A stretch of 64,000 nucleotides of DNA from Armatimonadota bacterium (GCA_035527535.1 DATLAK010000171.1:7638-71637), one strand, 5' to 3'. Positions 40,214 to 49,786 are shown, counted from the stretch's first letter. The notes: generated by a model not told the origin, from the letters alone. Program-made: numbers and translations.

Positions 40214-41713
40214 TCAGAGATAGCCCAGCGTCCGCAGCCACTCGCGGATGTCGGGGTCGAGCTCGCCCTCCTTGGCGGGAGGCGCGCCGCGGATATAGGT
40301 TTGGCGCTCGGCCCACGCCCGCCACAGCGCCGACAGTCGCTGCGCGAGCTCGGGACGACGGGTGATGAGGTTCCGGCGCTCGAGGGGATCCGCCTTGAGG
40401 TCGAACACCTGTACCAGACGGCCGCGGTCATTGAAGATGCCCTTGGCGCCCGGGATCTCCACCGCATGCTGAATCCGGGGCAAAGCGAGGCACGTTGAAA
40501 AAGCGGCCGGGCGCGCGTTGGCGCGGTCGCCGAAGATCACGCCCGAGGCGTCCAGGCCCTGCACCTGTTCCTGCGGCATCTGGAACCCGCACAGCGCGCC
40601 CAGGGTCGGCGCCAAGTCGCTGAGTTGGATCAGGCTGTCCACCTCCGCCGCCGCGCCCTTCACCCCGGCGGGAAAGCGCAAGATCAGCGGCATGTGAGTC
40701 ATCTCATTGTACACGGTATTGCCGTGCAGGAACTGCCCGTGCTCGCCGAAGGCCTCGCCGTGATCAGCCAAGAGGACCAGCACCGTCTTGTCGAGCAAGC
40801 CCCGCGCGCGCAGGTCGTCCACCAGTCGCCCTACCGCCCAGTCGGCGTAGGCCAGCGCCTCGTCGTACATGTCGACCATATGCGTGACATCGCGCGGCGA
40901 CAGCTTGAGCACGTCGGCATCGCGCTGCAGCAGGAGTTCGCTGGTCGGCGGCAGCGCCCCCCGGTAGTTCCGGTCGAACCGGCCGCGAAACGGCCCCGCG
41001 CGCTCGTAGGGGTGATGGGGCGGCATGATGTGGACGTAGAGGAAGAAGCGCTCGTCCCGGTTGTCGTCGAGCCATGCACCCCAGGCCTTGCGCAGCGCGG
41101 GGACGCTGCCCTGCGCCGGGTCGCGGTCGAGGATGACCTGGAAATGGTCAACGCCGTCGCCCAAACCGTGGCCGCGAATGATCATCCCGCTGCCGGTGAT
41201 AACGGCCGTGCGCATGCCCGCCGCGCGACAGGCCTCGGGCAGGGTCACCAACTCGGTCGGGATGCGCATGGAGGCGGTGGACACGCCGTGGGTATCGTAG
41301 TACTGGCCGGTGTACAGCGAGGTAATGGCGGCGAGGGTGAAGGGGGCATCGGTCACGGCATGGGTAAAGCGCGTGCCGTGCGCCGCCACGCGGTCTATCT
41401 CCGGCGTGGTGGGCCGGTCGTAGCCATAGCAGCCCAGGTGGTCCGCGCGCGCGGCGTCGATGACACAGATCACGATATTTGCCGCGCCGCAAGCCTCCTG
41501 CGCCGCGGCAAGGTTCGCGCGCGCAGGGGGTTCGGCCTCGGGCCAGCCGTTGGTGGTCATGCTGCGCGGGCACCCGCCGCCCGCGAGGGCGGCGCAGACC
41601 AGGGCCAGCGCGCCCAGGATCCGCGCCCAGCCAGGGCCGCGCGGGAGACTGGGAAGAGTGAGCGCTCGAGTGGCGAGTCGGTTCGTCCATGACCCGGGAG
41701 TGAGCCAGTCCAT
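40214..41713 (-). CDS. sulfatase family protein (arylsulfatase/phosphoethanolamine-transferase fold), secreted
   Basis: Sulfatase N-terminal metal/FGly region VICVIDAARADHLGCYGYDRPTTPEIDRVAAHGTRFTHAVTDAPFTLAAITSLYTG; lipoprotein-like signal; 499 aa. Confidence 0.8.
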   Translation of the reverse strand: MDWLTPGSWTNRLATRALTLPSLPRGPGWARILGALALVCAALAGGGCPRSMTTNGWPEAEPPARANLAAAQEACGAANIVICVIDAARADHLGCYGYDRPTTPEIDRVAAHGTRFTHAVTDAPFTLAAITSLYTGQYYDTHGVSTASMRIPTELVTLPEACRAAGMRTAVITGSGMIIRGHGLGDGVDHFQVILDRDPAQGSVPALRKAWGAWLDDNRDERFFLYVHIMPPHHPYERAGPFRGRFDRNYRGALPPTSELLLQRDADVLKLSPRDVTHMVDMYDEALAYADWAVGRLVDDLRARGLLDKTVLVLLADHGEAFGEHGQFLHGNTVYNEMTHMPLILRFPAGVKGAAAEVDSLIQLSDLAPTLGALCGFQMPQEQVQGLDASGVIFGDRANARPAAFSTCLALPRIQHAVEIPGAKGIFNDRGRLVQVFDLKADPLERRNLITRRPELAQRLSALWRAWAERQTYIRGAPPAKEGELDPDIREWLRTLGYL

Positions 41714-41720
41714 GTCGCGT

Positions 41721-42869
41721 CTAGCGCTCCCGCGCCATCTCCGCCAGGCGCAACCCGATCTTCCGATCCTCGCCCTCGCGGCGGATGGTTATCGTCAGCT
41801 TGTCCCCAGGGCGTTTGGCGCGGATGATGCGCGCGACGTCCTCCCTGCGTCGGACCGCGCGTCCGTCCAGGGCCACGATCAGGTCACCCTGGCGCAGCCC
41901 CGCCCGCGCCGCCGGCGTATGGGGCAGCACGCGCTCGACGACCGCGCCCGGTTGCGTCCGCGGCGTCCCGTAGGCGATGCCCAACCACGGGTAGGAGACC
42001 TTGCCCGCCCGCACCAGCTCCGGCAGGACGGCCTTCACGGTGTCGCTCGCCACCGCGAAACCGATGCCCTTGGCATAGGGCACGATCGCGGTCGGCATTC
42101 CCACCACTTGCCCGCGCAGGTCAATCAGGGCCCCGCCGCTGTTGCCGGCGTTGATTGCCGCGTCGGTCTGCAGCAGGTCCGTCACCGCACTCGCCCCCTC
42201 GCCGGCGATGGTACGGCCCTTCGCGCTCAGCACGCCCGTCGTCACCGTGTTCTCCAGTCCGAAGGGGTTGCCGACCGCGATCACCCAACTGCCGACCGCC
42301 AGCGCCTCCGAGCTGCCCAGCTCGGCCTCGGGCAGATTCCGCCCACGGATCTGCACCACCGCGATGTCGGTGACCACATCCGCGCCCAGCAATCTCCCGC
42401 GCAAGCTGCGCCCCGACGGCAGCACCACCCAAATCGCGCGCGCCCCTGCCACCACGTGAGCGTTGGTCAAGACATAACCGTGCCGCCCATTGACGATCAC
42501 CCCTGAGCCTTGGCCGGGGTGCGGGAAGAGATCCTGGGGACCCCCAAACAGCCCCGGCAAGAGCGCTCCCGGCCCGGCCCCCGCCGTCGTGTCAATCCGC
42601 ACCACCGCCGGCGCCACTCGCGCCACCGCCCGGCTGATATCCTCCGGCAGCGCCCCCGCCGCCCCCAGCCGGTAGGGGCGAGCGCCGCGCTCGCGCACCA
42701 TCCGCCACGTTACCGCCGTGACCGCAATGACCACGAGCACGATCACCACCAGCACCGCCGCCAGGGCTCGCCCGCGGCGGTCGCTCACATCATAAACAGG
42801 CAACAGCGTTTCTCCTCGACACGGTGTGCCCAACATCGCAAGGCTACCAACGCCAGCCTCGCGTGTCAA
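41721..42869 (-). CDS. S1C-family serine protease (HtrA/DegP-like) with PDZ domain
   Basis: Catalytic triad context TNAHVV, D...IAVVQI, GNSGGAL; N-terminal TM anchor; C-terminal PDZ. Confidence 0.85.
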   Translation of the reverse strand: MTREAGVGSLAMLGTPCRGETLLPVYDVSDRRGRALAAVLVVIVLVVIAVTAVTWRMVRERGARPYRLGAAGALPEDISRAVARVAPAVVRIDTTAGAGPGALLPGLFGGPQDLFPHPGQGSGVIVNGRHGYVLTNAHVVAGARAIWVVLPSGRSLRGRLLGADVVTDIAVVQIRGRNLPEAELGSSEALAVGSWVIAVGNPFGLENTVTTGVLSAKGRTIAGEGASAVTDLLQTDAAINAGNSGGALIDLRGQVVGMPTAIVPYAKGIGFAVASDTVKAVLPELVRAGKVSYPWLGIAYGTPRTQPGAVVERVLPHTPAARAGLRQGDLIVALDGRAVRRREDVARIIRAKRPGDKLTITIRREGEDRKIGLRLAEMARER

Positions 42870-42960
42870 GCGAGCGCGTTACGCAATGAGGTTGGGGGCG
42901 GCGCGGTACGCGAGGACCCAACCATGGCGGTACGGCGGATGGCGGAGGAGCGACGGTAGA

Positions 42961-43446
42961 TCAGCGCCTCCGGCGCGCCGCGGGCTTGCCCTTGTGCCAC
43001 AAGCCCGGCATCATCTGGCGCGCTTCGCCGGTGCGCTCCAGCTCCGCCAGCTCACGCTGCGCCTCCGACTGCTCCACCCCCAGGCGCAGTCCGATGTCGT
43101 GCGCGGTCGCCACCACGTGAGGATTGCGCTCCAGGAAACGGCGCACCAGCGCGCCCCCGCCGCCCTGCCCCTTGGACCCCTGTGCCGGCTCCGTCCCAAC
43201 CTCGTCGTGGAGCGCCCGGCGACTGCGAATACAGCCCTTGGGAATGATCGCCCCGTAGTTGTTGGGGGAGTCGCGCCGGCCGCTCAGGTCCACGTCATCC
43301 GCCAGCACCACATATTCGGGCGTTTCCCGGATGACGAAACCAACCGACACCTTGAACAGCCGCTGCGCTTCGAAATCCTGGTCGAGGGTGAAACGGGAGA
43401 CGATGGTCACGTCCTCCCACTCGATCGCCTCAAGGCGCCACGCCAT
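42961..43446 (-). CDS. hypothetical protein (161 aa), possible C-terminal winged-helix
   Basis: Isolated ORF on - strand with Gly-rich linker and basic C-terminal tail; no confident domain. Confidence 0.4.
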   Translation of the reverse strand: MAWRLEAIEWEDVTIVSRFTLDQDFEAQRLFKVSVGFVIRETPEYVVLADDVDLSGRRDSPNNYGAIIPKGCIRSRRALHDEVGTEPAQGSKGQGGGGALVRRFLERNPHVVATAHDIGLRLGVEQSEAQRELAELERTGEARQMMPGLWHKGKPAARRRR

Positions 43447-43904
43447 GGTCCGCTCCTGCCGGCGAGCGCTCGCCTGCTCAAATGCGAAACGTCCCCCACT
43501 TGCTTCGGGGGACGTTCATCATGCCCGTGACTGCTGTCTTACCCACGGCTTCGATTCCATCCGGTGATGACGCAGGCACCCGCAGTGTACCATAGCCCCA
43601 CCCGGCCGTCAATCGTCAGCCCATGCTCCACAGGAGCTCCGGTTCGCGCCGATTGCGCGCGGTGGCGTTGGCGGGTGCCCGAAAGCCCGGGCCCTGTCGC
43701 CCCGCAGGACAAGCCACAAGGAGTTTGACCCCGCGGAAGGGAAACATGGATAGTAAAGCGGCACAGGCGCGGTCTCCGGCCAGCAGCACGCAGTCGGCAG
43801 TGGCCTGAGCAGGCCGGGGAGGGCGCGATGGTGCCGCATCTTCTTGCCCCGGACGGTGCCAGCGACCCAGCGACGCCGGGGCGAGGGACCTATGGGAGGC
43901 GGTA

Positions 43905-45980
43905 ATGGGTACCGAGGTCGAGCCCCAGGCCCCATGCCTGGCGGCGTGTCCGGTGCACACCGACACGCGCGGCTACGCTGAATGCATCGCCGAGGGACAC
44001 TACGAGGAGGCCCTGGACCTGCTGCTGGCGGCCAACCCTTTCACCTCCGTCTGCGGGCGCATCTGCCATCACCCCTGCGAGCAAAGCTGCCGCCGCGCCC
44101 AGGTTGACGCCCCGGTCGCGCTGCGCCAGCTCAAGCGCTTCGTGGTCGAGGCGACCGGCGACTATCGCCAGCGCCGCCGCGCCCCGGTCGAGCATACGCG
44201 CTGCGAGCGCATCGCTATCATCGGCGCCGGCCCCGCGGGCCTCACCGCCGCCCACGATCTGGCGCGCGCGGGCTTCGGGGTGACCGTCTTCGAGGCTGCC
44301 GACACGCCGGGCGGGATGCTGGGGCAGACCATCCCCCGCTATCGGTTGCCCTACGCGGTGCTGCGCGAGGACATTGACGACATCCTGGCGCTGGGGGTGG
44401 AGCTGCGCACCCGGTGCGCCGTCGGCAAGGAAGTCCAGCTCGCCCAACTCCAGCGGGACTTTGACGTCGTGCTCATCGCCACCGGGTTGAGCGAGAGCCG
44501 CGCCCTGGGGGTGCCGGGGATTGACAGCCGTGGGGTGCTGCTGGCCTTGCCGTTTCTGCGGGCGGTGGCCGCCGGCCGGCCGCCGGCGCTGGGGGAGCGG
44601 GTGGTCGTGATCGGCGGCGGCAACGTCGCCATGGATGTCGCGCGCTCGGCGCGGCGGCTGGGGGCGGGCGAGGTGACGGCGGTTTCACTGGAGTCGCGGA
44701 AGGAGCTGCCGGCCTGGGACTGGGAGGTGCAGGAGGCGCTGGAGGAAGGCGTCAAGCTGGCCCCGTCGTGGGGCCCGCAGGAGGTGCTGGCCGAGGACGG
44801 CGCCGTCACCGGCATCGTCCTCAAGCGCTGTGTGCGCGTGTTCGACGAGCAGGGCAAGTTCAGTCCGTCGTTTGACGACAGCGAGACGACCGAACTGCCG
44901 GCCGACAGCATCGTCCTCTCCATCGGGCAGCGGGCGGATCTGGCATGCGTGGAGGGATCGCAGGTCGCCACCCGCCCGGGCGACCGGCTCCAGTACGATC
45001 CGGAAACGATGGCGACCTCCGAGCGCGGCGTCTTCGCCTGCGGCGAAGTCGTCACCGGCCCGGGGGCGGCGGTGGAGGCGGTGGCGGACGCGCATCGCGC
45101 GGCGCGGGCGATCTCGCATTTCCTGGACACCGGCGAGCTGCTGCGGCAGGCGCCCAAGGAGGAGTTGCCGGCGCTGAGCGAGCTGCCGGACGACGTGCTG
45201 CGGCGCGTACGCAGCCGGGGGCGCGTCGAGGTGCCGCTGACGCCGGCCGAGGCGCGCGTGCGTGATTTCTCCGAGTTCGAGCCGTGCTTCTGCGAATCCG
45301 AGGCCTGCGCCGAGGCGCGCCGGTGCCTGGCTTGCACCGCCGGGGCGGTGCCGGACGAGGAGCGCTGCGCCGCCTGTCTGACCTGCGTGCGGGTGTGTCC
45401 GTTCGGCGTCGCCACGGTGACCAGCACGGCGGCCATGCCGGCGGAGAAGTGTCAAGCCTGCGGCCTGTGCGCGGCGGTATGCCCGGCAGCGGCGATCGCG
45501 CTCAAGCGCTTCGACCCCGACCGCCTGGGGAGCGAGCTTCAGCACCTGGTGGGGGCTCTGGAGGCGGCGGCGCCGCCCACGCTGGTGGTGTCGTTCGGCT
45601 GCCTGTTTGCCACTACCAGTCGGCGCTTGCTGGAGCAGACCGCGCAGGAGGTCAAGGACACCGGCGTGGCACGGGTGGTCGTGCCGTGCGTGGCGCGGCT
45701 AAGCGTGCCGGACCTGCTGAAACCGTTCGAGATGGGCGCCGCCGGGGTGTGCGTCATCGCCTGTGCCGAGGGTGACTGCGCCTATCCGACCGCCGACGAG
45801 CAGTTGGCGATGAGGGTCGAACAGGTACGGCGCATCTTGGACGAGTTGGGCCTGGGCCGCGAGCGGTTGGAGCTGGCGCGGACGGTGGGGACGGCCGAGG
45901 CCTCCTGGCCCACCATCTGGGATGACTTCAAGACAAGGCTCGAGCGCGCCCCGGTCGAGCAAAGAGGCGAGGCAGAATGA
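43905..45980 (+). CDS. multidomain flavoprotein: GltD/NfnB-like NAD(P)H-dependent FAD oxidoreductase + 2x[4Fe-4S] ferredoxin domains + MvhD (methyl-viologen-reducing hydrogenase delta) domain
   Basis: GltD N-terminal Fe-S region CLAACPVHTDTRGY...CGRICHHPCEQSC, FAD site IAIIGAGPAGLTAAHDLARAGFGVTVFEA, NAD(P)H site VVVIGGGNVAMDVARSA, ferredoxin CxxCxxCxxxCP x2, MvhD-like LVVSFGC...VVPCVARLSVPDLLKPFEMGAAGVCVIACAEGDCAY. Confidence 0.75.
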   Translation: MGTEVEPQAPCLAACPVHTDTRGYAECIAEGHYEEALDLLLAANPFTSVCGRICHHPCEQSCRRAQVDAPVALRQLKRFVVEATGDYRQRRRAPVEHTRCERIAIIGAGPAGLTAAHDLARAGFGVTVFEAADTPGGMLGQTIPRYRLPYAVLREDIDDILALGVELRTRCAVGKEVQLAQLQRDFDVVLIATGLSESRALGVPGIDSRGVLLALPFLRAVAAGRPPALGERVVVIGGGNVAMDVARSARRLGAGEVTAVSLESRKELPAWDWEVQEALEEGVKLAPSWGPQEVLAEDGAVTGIVLKRCVRVFDEQGKFSPSFDDSETTELPADSIVLSIGQRADLACVEGSQVATRPGDRLQYDPETMATSERGVFACGEVVTGPGAAVEAVADAHRAARAISHFLDTGELLRQAPKEELPALSELPDDVLRRVRSRGRVEVPLTPAEARVRDFSEFEPCFCESEACAEARRCLACTAGAVPDEERCAACLTCVRVCPFGVATVTSTAAMPAEKCQACGLCAAVCPAAAIALKRFDPDRLGSELQHLVGALEAAAPPTLVVSFGCLFATTSRRLLEQTAQEVKDTGVARVVVPCVARLSVPDLLKPFEMGAAGVCVIACAEGDCAYPTADEQLAMRVEQVRRILDELGLGRERLELARTVGTAEASWPTIWDDFKTRLERAPVEQRGEAE

Positions 45981-46702
45981 TTGTAGCGGAAGCAAAGTCA
46001 CTGAGTGAGGTCGAGGGGTTCGTCCGGCAGTACAGCAAGGTCCTGGTCGTGGGCTGCGGGGAGTGCGTGACCGTGTGTCACGCGGGAGGTGAGAAGGAAG
46101 TCAAGACCGTCGCCGGCGCGCTGCGCATCGCCGCGCGCCGGGACCAGCGCGCGCAGGAGCTGGTGGAGGACTGCGTCACGCGCCAGTGCGAGCCGGAGTT
46201 CGTTCAGCCGATCATCGAGCTGGTGGAGCGCGAAGGCATCGCCGCCGTGCTGTCGTTGGCCTGCGGGGTCGGCGTCAACTTCCTGGCCGAGCGGCTGGGC
46301 GAGGTGCCGGTGTTTCCGGGGGTGGACACCAAGTTCTACGGCGCGTGCACCGAGCCCGGGGTCTGGGCCGAGATGTGCGCGGGCTGCGGCGAGTGCGTGC
46401 TGCACCTGACGGGAGGGATTTGTCCCGTCGCGCGCTGCGCAAAGTCCATCCTCAACGGCCCGTGCGGGGGCAGCAACCAGGGCAAGTGCGAGATCAGCCC
46501 CGACGTGGACTGCGCCTGGGCGCTGATCATCGAGCGCATGCGGAAGCTGGGTACGCTCGACCGGTTAGCGGAGCTGACGCCGGCGCGGGACTGGTCGCAC
46601 TCGGCGCACGGCGGACCGCGCCGGGTGGTGCGCGAGGATCTGCGCCAGATCGCGGTCGAGGGTGAGGAAACGGCGGAAAAGGAGAGCGTGGCGGCATCAT
46701 GA
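45977..46702 (+). CDS. metV: methylene-tetrahydrofolate reductase C-terminal-domain protein MetV (zinc-ribbon-like)
   Basis: MTHFR_C-type Cys pattern VVGCGECVTVCHAGG ... CAGCGECVLHLTGGICPVARCAKSILNGPCGGS ... CEISPDVDCAW; start overlaps upstream gene. Confidence 0.75.
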   Translation: MIVAEAKSLSEVEGFVRQYSKVLVVGCGECVTVCHAGGEKEVKTVAGALRIAARRDQRAQELVEDCVTRQCEPEFVQPIIELVEREGIAAVLSLACGVGVNFLAERLGEVPVFPGVDTKFYGACTEPGVWAEMCAGCGECVLHLTGGICPVARCAKSILNGPCGGSNQGKCEISPDVDCAWALIIERMRKLGTLDRLAELTPARDWSHSAHGGPRRVVREDLRQIAVEGEETAEKESVAAS

Positions 46703-47688
46703 ACAGCGGCAGCAACCTGGAGCGGGTGTTGGCGGCGGGGCATTTCGCGGTGACCGCGGAGATCGGCCCCCCCATGGACTGCAACGCGGAGGTGGTGCTG
46801 GAGAAGGCGCGCCTGCTCAAGGGCTACGCCGACGCCTTCAACATCACTGATTGCCAGACCGCGGTGGTGCGCATGTCGAGCCTGGCCTCGGCGGTGCTCA
46901 TCATGCGCGAGGGGCTGGAGCCGGTGCTGCAGATGACCTGCCGCGACCGCAACCGCATCGCCATCCAGGCCGACCTGCTGGGGGCGGCGGCGCTGGGGAT
47001 TCGCAACTGCCTGTGCATCGCCGGCGACCATCAGTCCTTCGGCGCCGCCGGCAGACTCAAGGGCCACCCCGGCGCCAAGAACGTCTATGACGTGGATTCC
47101 ATCCAGCTGGTGTCCATTCTCAAGGGCTTGCGCGACGACGGCCGCCAGCAGGGCGGGGACGAGATCGAGCTGCGACCGCCGTTCTTCATCGGCGCGGTGT
47201 GGACGCCCATGGGCGACCCCATTGACTTCCGGCCGCTGCGCCTGGGCAAGAAGGTCGCGGCCGGCGCCGATTTCATCCAAACCCAGGGCGTCTACGACAT
47301 GGACCTCTTCCGGCAGCAGATGGCGCGCGCCCGCGACCTGGGGCTGCACGAGCGGACGGCCCTTCTGGCCGGTATCATCGTCCCGCGCAACCTGGGGATG
47401 CTCAAGTACATGGACAGCGCGGTGGCGGGGGTGAGCGTGCCCCAGGAGCTCATGCAGCGCATGGCCCGGGCGCGCGACGCTGCCGGCGACGACAAGCAGC
47501 AAGCGCGGGGCAACCAGGAGCAGGAGGGCATCCGCATCAGCGTCGAGCTGATCGAGCAGGCGCGGGAGATCGAGGGCGTGCGCGGGGTGCACCTCCAGGC
47601 CATCGAATGGGAGCGCAAAGTGCCCGAGATCGTGGAGCATGCGGGGCTGCTGCCACGCCCGGTCGTCGCCCCTGAGTGCGGGGGGTGA
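46699..47688 (+). CDS. metF: 5,10-methylenetetrahydrofolate reductase MetF
   Basis: MTHFR TIM-barrel motifs: FAVTAEIGPP, NITDCQTAVVRMSSL, LQMTCRDRNRIAIQADLLGAAALGIRNCLCIAGD. Confidence 0.85.
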   Translation: MNSGSNLERVLAAGHFAVTAEIGPPMDCNAEVVLEKARLLKGYADAFNITDCQTAVVRMSSLASAVLIMREGLEPVLQMTCRDRNRIAIQADLLGAAALGIRNCLCIAGDHQSFGAAGRLKGHPGAKNVYDVDSIQLVSILKGLRDDGRQQGGDEIELRPPFFIGAVWTPMGDPIDFRPLRLGKKVAAGADFIQTQGVYDMDLFRQQMARARDLGLHERTALLAGIIVPRNLGMLKYMDSAVAGVSVPQELMQRMARARDAAGDDKQQARGNQEQEGIRISVELIEQAREIEGVRGVHLQAIEWERKVPEIVEHAGLLPRPVVAPECGG

Positions 47689-47700
47689 ACGACCGCGGAT

Positions 47701-47728
47701 GTAGGGGCAAGGGATGCCTTGCCCCTAC
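47701..47728 (+). terminator. perfect 12-bp stem hairpin 13 nt after metF stop
   Basis: GTAGGGGCAAGG-GATG-CCTTGCCCCTAC. Confidence 0.5.
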
Positions 47729-47810
47729 GAGATCGCGCCCGGGTGTGCGCCCAGCCATCCCAACGAGAAACGGTCACCCCCGGGATCGCATTAGGTGGAA
47801 CCTGGGCCTC

Positions 47811-47841
47811 TTGACTCCTTGGGTCCAGTATGGTAGATAAT
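47811..47841 (+). promoter_or_regulatory. sigma70-like promoter of the tetR-efflux operon
   Basis: TTGACT (47811-47816) - 17 nt - TAGATA/GATAAT (47834-47841). Confidence 0.45.
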
Positions 47842-47852
47842 GACCATTTGAG

Positions 47853-47882
47853 TGACTGCTCACTTTCGAAAGTGAGCAGTCA
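47853..47882. promoter_or_regulatory. perfect 30-bp palindrome: putative TetR operator overlapping the transcription start
   Basis: TGACTGCTCACTTTC|GAAAGTGAGCAGTCA, immediately downstream of the -10 and 30 nt upstream of tetR ATG 47912. Confidence 0.6.
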
Positions 47883-47911
47883 CATCACCTCGCGTTCACG
47901 AGAGTGCTGAC

Positions 47912-48397
47912 ATGAGTCGGAAGATAGAACCGAATCAGCGCTGGCGGCGTGCAGAGGAGCGCCGCGCCCAGATCATGGAGGCAGCGATCCGGCTCTTCGC
48001 CCGTCAGGGCTTCGCCCGGACTACGACCAAAGAGCTCGCCCGTGAGGCTGGTATCTCTGAGGGTACCATCTACAAGCACTTCGCCGGCAAGCAGGACATC
48101 CTCTTTGCGTTCATCGAGCGCGAGGCCACCGCGCGTGTGAGGGCACTGCTGCAGCCCCCGCAGGCCGACGGCGACGAGCCCTTCCGCCGGTTCTTCCTCG
48201 ACCGCTTCTCCACCGCCGCGCAGCCCCTGCCCCTCTTGAAGGTCATTATCGGAGAGGTGCTTTTCGACGAGGAGTTCGCTCGCCGATATGCCGAGGTGGC
48301 CAGGCCTAGGCTGGCACTCCTCGAGAAGAGGATCGCCGAGCACACGCGGGCAGGGCAGTTTCGGCAGTCGACACTAAGCTCGCCGCAGGGGCGCTGA
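47912..48397 (+). CDS. TetR/AcrR-family transcriptional regulator (apparent frameshift near 48360; remainder of ligand-binding domain continues in another frame to 48558)
   Basis: HTH RRAQIMEAAIRLFARQGFARTTTKELAREAGISEGTIYKHF; after ...GQFRQ the TetR C-terminal continuation VDTKLAAGALIGLFLMVGVILPTVLPDEM...LLDGVRRH is in the +2 frame ending TGA 48556-48558. Confidence 0.7.
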   Translation: MSRKIEPNQRWRRAEERRAQIMEAAIRLFARQGFARTTTKELAREAGISEGTIYKHFAGKQDILFAFIEREATARVRALLQPPQADGDEPFRRFFLDRFSTAAQPLPLLKVIIGEVLFDEEFARRYAEVARPRLALLEKRIAEHTRAGQFRQSTLSSPQGR

Positions 48398-48554
48398 TCG
48401 GGCTTTTCCTCATGGTCGGAGTCATCTTGCCTACAGTGCTTCCCGATGAGATGAGGCGCTACCCACCCAGGCGGGTGGCCGATACGCTGACTTCCATTCT
48501 TCTCGACGGCGTGCGCCGCCATCCCGAAAGAAGCAGCGGAAAGGAGCGCCACCG

Positions 48555-49778
48555 ATGAGAAGGCGACCATCCCCATGGCTCGCTGCTGGGGCACTGCTCT
48601 TGCTCGGGGCCGCCGCGGCGGCGGTTTGGCATGTGCGGGCCGGCCGTGAGCAGCCACCTTCGGACCGGCTCTTCGGGAACGGCACCGTCGAGGCGACCGA
48701 GGTGGACGTAACCACGCAGACGCCTAGCAAGCTGATCTCCTTGACGGTGCAAGAGGGTGACCGGGTGCGGGCGGGTCAGCGCATTGCGTCGCTCGATGCA
48801 GCGGCTCTGGACACCCAGGTGGCGCAGGCGCAGAGCGCGGCCCAGACGGCGGAGGCGCAGCTCGGGGAACTGCAGGCCGGCAGTCGTCCGCAGGACATCG
48901 CTAGCGCGCGGGCGCAGTACGAGGCGGCGGTGAATGCCAAGGACCAGGCGAAGGCGCGTCTCGATCTCGTGAGGGCCGGCCCGCGCCGGGAGGACATCGC
49001 CCAGCTCCGCGCCGGCGTGCGTCAGGCGCAAGTGACGCTCGACTACGCGGAGACAGAGCTTGGCCGGGCGACGCGCCTGGAGGTGAACGGTGCGGTGGCG
49101 CGCCAGCAGGTGGATCTGGCGCGCACGCAGCGAGACACCGCGGCCGCGCAGTTGGATGCCGCGCGGCAGCGGTTGCTGGAGGCCGAGCGCGGCTCCCGCC
49201 AGGAGGACATCCGCATCGCCCGCGCCGCATTGCAGCAGACCGAGTCGCAGGTGAAGGCGGCCAGGGCCACCCTCGATCTCGCCCTCGTCGGTCCCCGCCG
49301 CGAGACCATCGCTGCCGCGCAGGCCCGCGTCGCGCAAGCCAAGGCCGCCGTTGAGACGGCACGCGTGCAGCAGAGCTATGCGGCCATCACTGCCCCTATG
49401 GATGGCACCGTGACCTTGCGCAACCTCGAGCCCGGCGATTTCGTCTCCCCGGGCACGCCCATCGTCCGGGTCGCCGCGCTTGACCACGTGTGGCTGCGCG
49501 CCTACGTCTCGGAGACAGACCTGGGACGGGTGAAGCTCGGGCAGTCTGCCGAGGTGAGGAGCGATACGTACCTGGGGAAGGTGTACCGCGGCCGCGTCAT
49601 CGAGATCTCCCAGGAACCCGAGTTCACCCCCAAGAACGTGCAGACCAAGGAGGAGCGCGTGAAGCTCGTGTTCGGGGTGAAGATCGAGGTGGAGAATGCG
49701 AACCAAGAGTTGAAACCGGGGATGCCCGTGGACGCCTCCATCCTGGTGGGCGCGCCGCTCCAGAAGGCGAGCCGCTGA
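48555..49778 (+). CDS. HlyD-family periplasmic adaptor (membrane fusion protein)
   Basis: N-terminal TM, long coiled-coil hairpin (Q/A/R-rich repeats), C-terminal beta-barrel ...VRSDTYLGKVYRGRVIEIS...; ATG overlaps tetR-continuation stop. Confidence 0.85.
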   Translation: MRRRPSPWLAAGALLLLGAAAAAVWHVRAGREQPPSDRLFGNGTVEATEVDVTTQTPSKLISLTVQEGDRVRAGQRIASLDAAALDTQVAQAQSAAQTAEAQLGELQAGSRPQDIASARAQYEAAVNAKDQAKARLDLVRAGPRREDIAQLRAGVRQAQVTLDYAETELGRATRLEVNGAVARQQVDLARTQRDTAAAQLDAARQRLLEAERGSRQEDIRIARAALQQTESQVKAARATLDLALVGPRRETIAAAQARVAQAKAAVETARVQQSYAAITAPMDGTVTLRNLEPGDFVSPGTPIVRVAALDHVWLRAYVSETDLGRVKLGQSAEVRSDTYLGKVYRGRVIEISQEPEFTPKNVQTKEERVKLVFGVKIEVENANQELKPGMPVDASILVGAPLQKASR

Positions 49779-49786
49779 GGAGCGCG

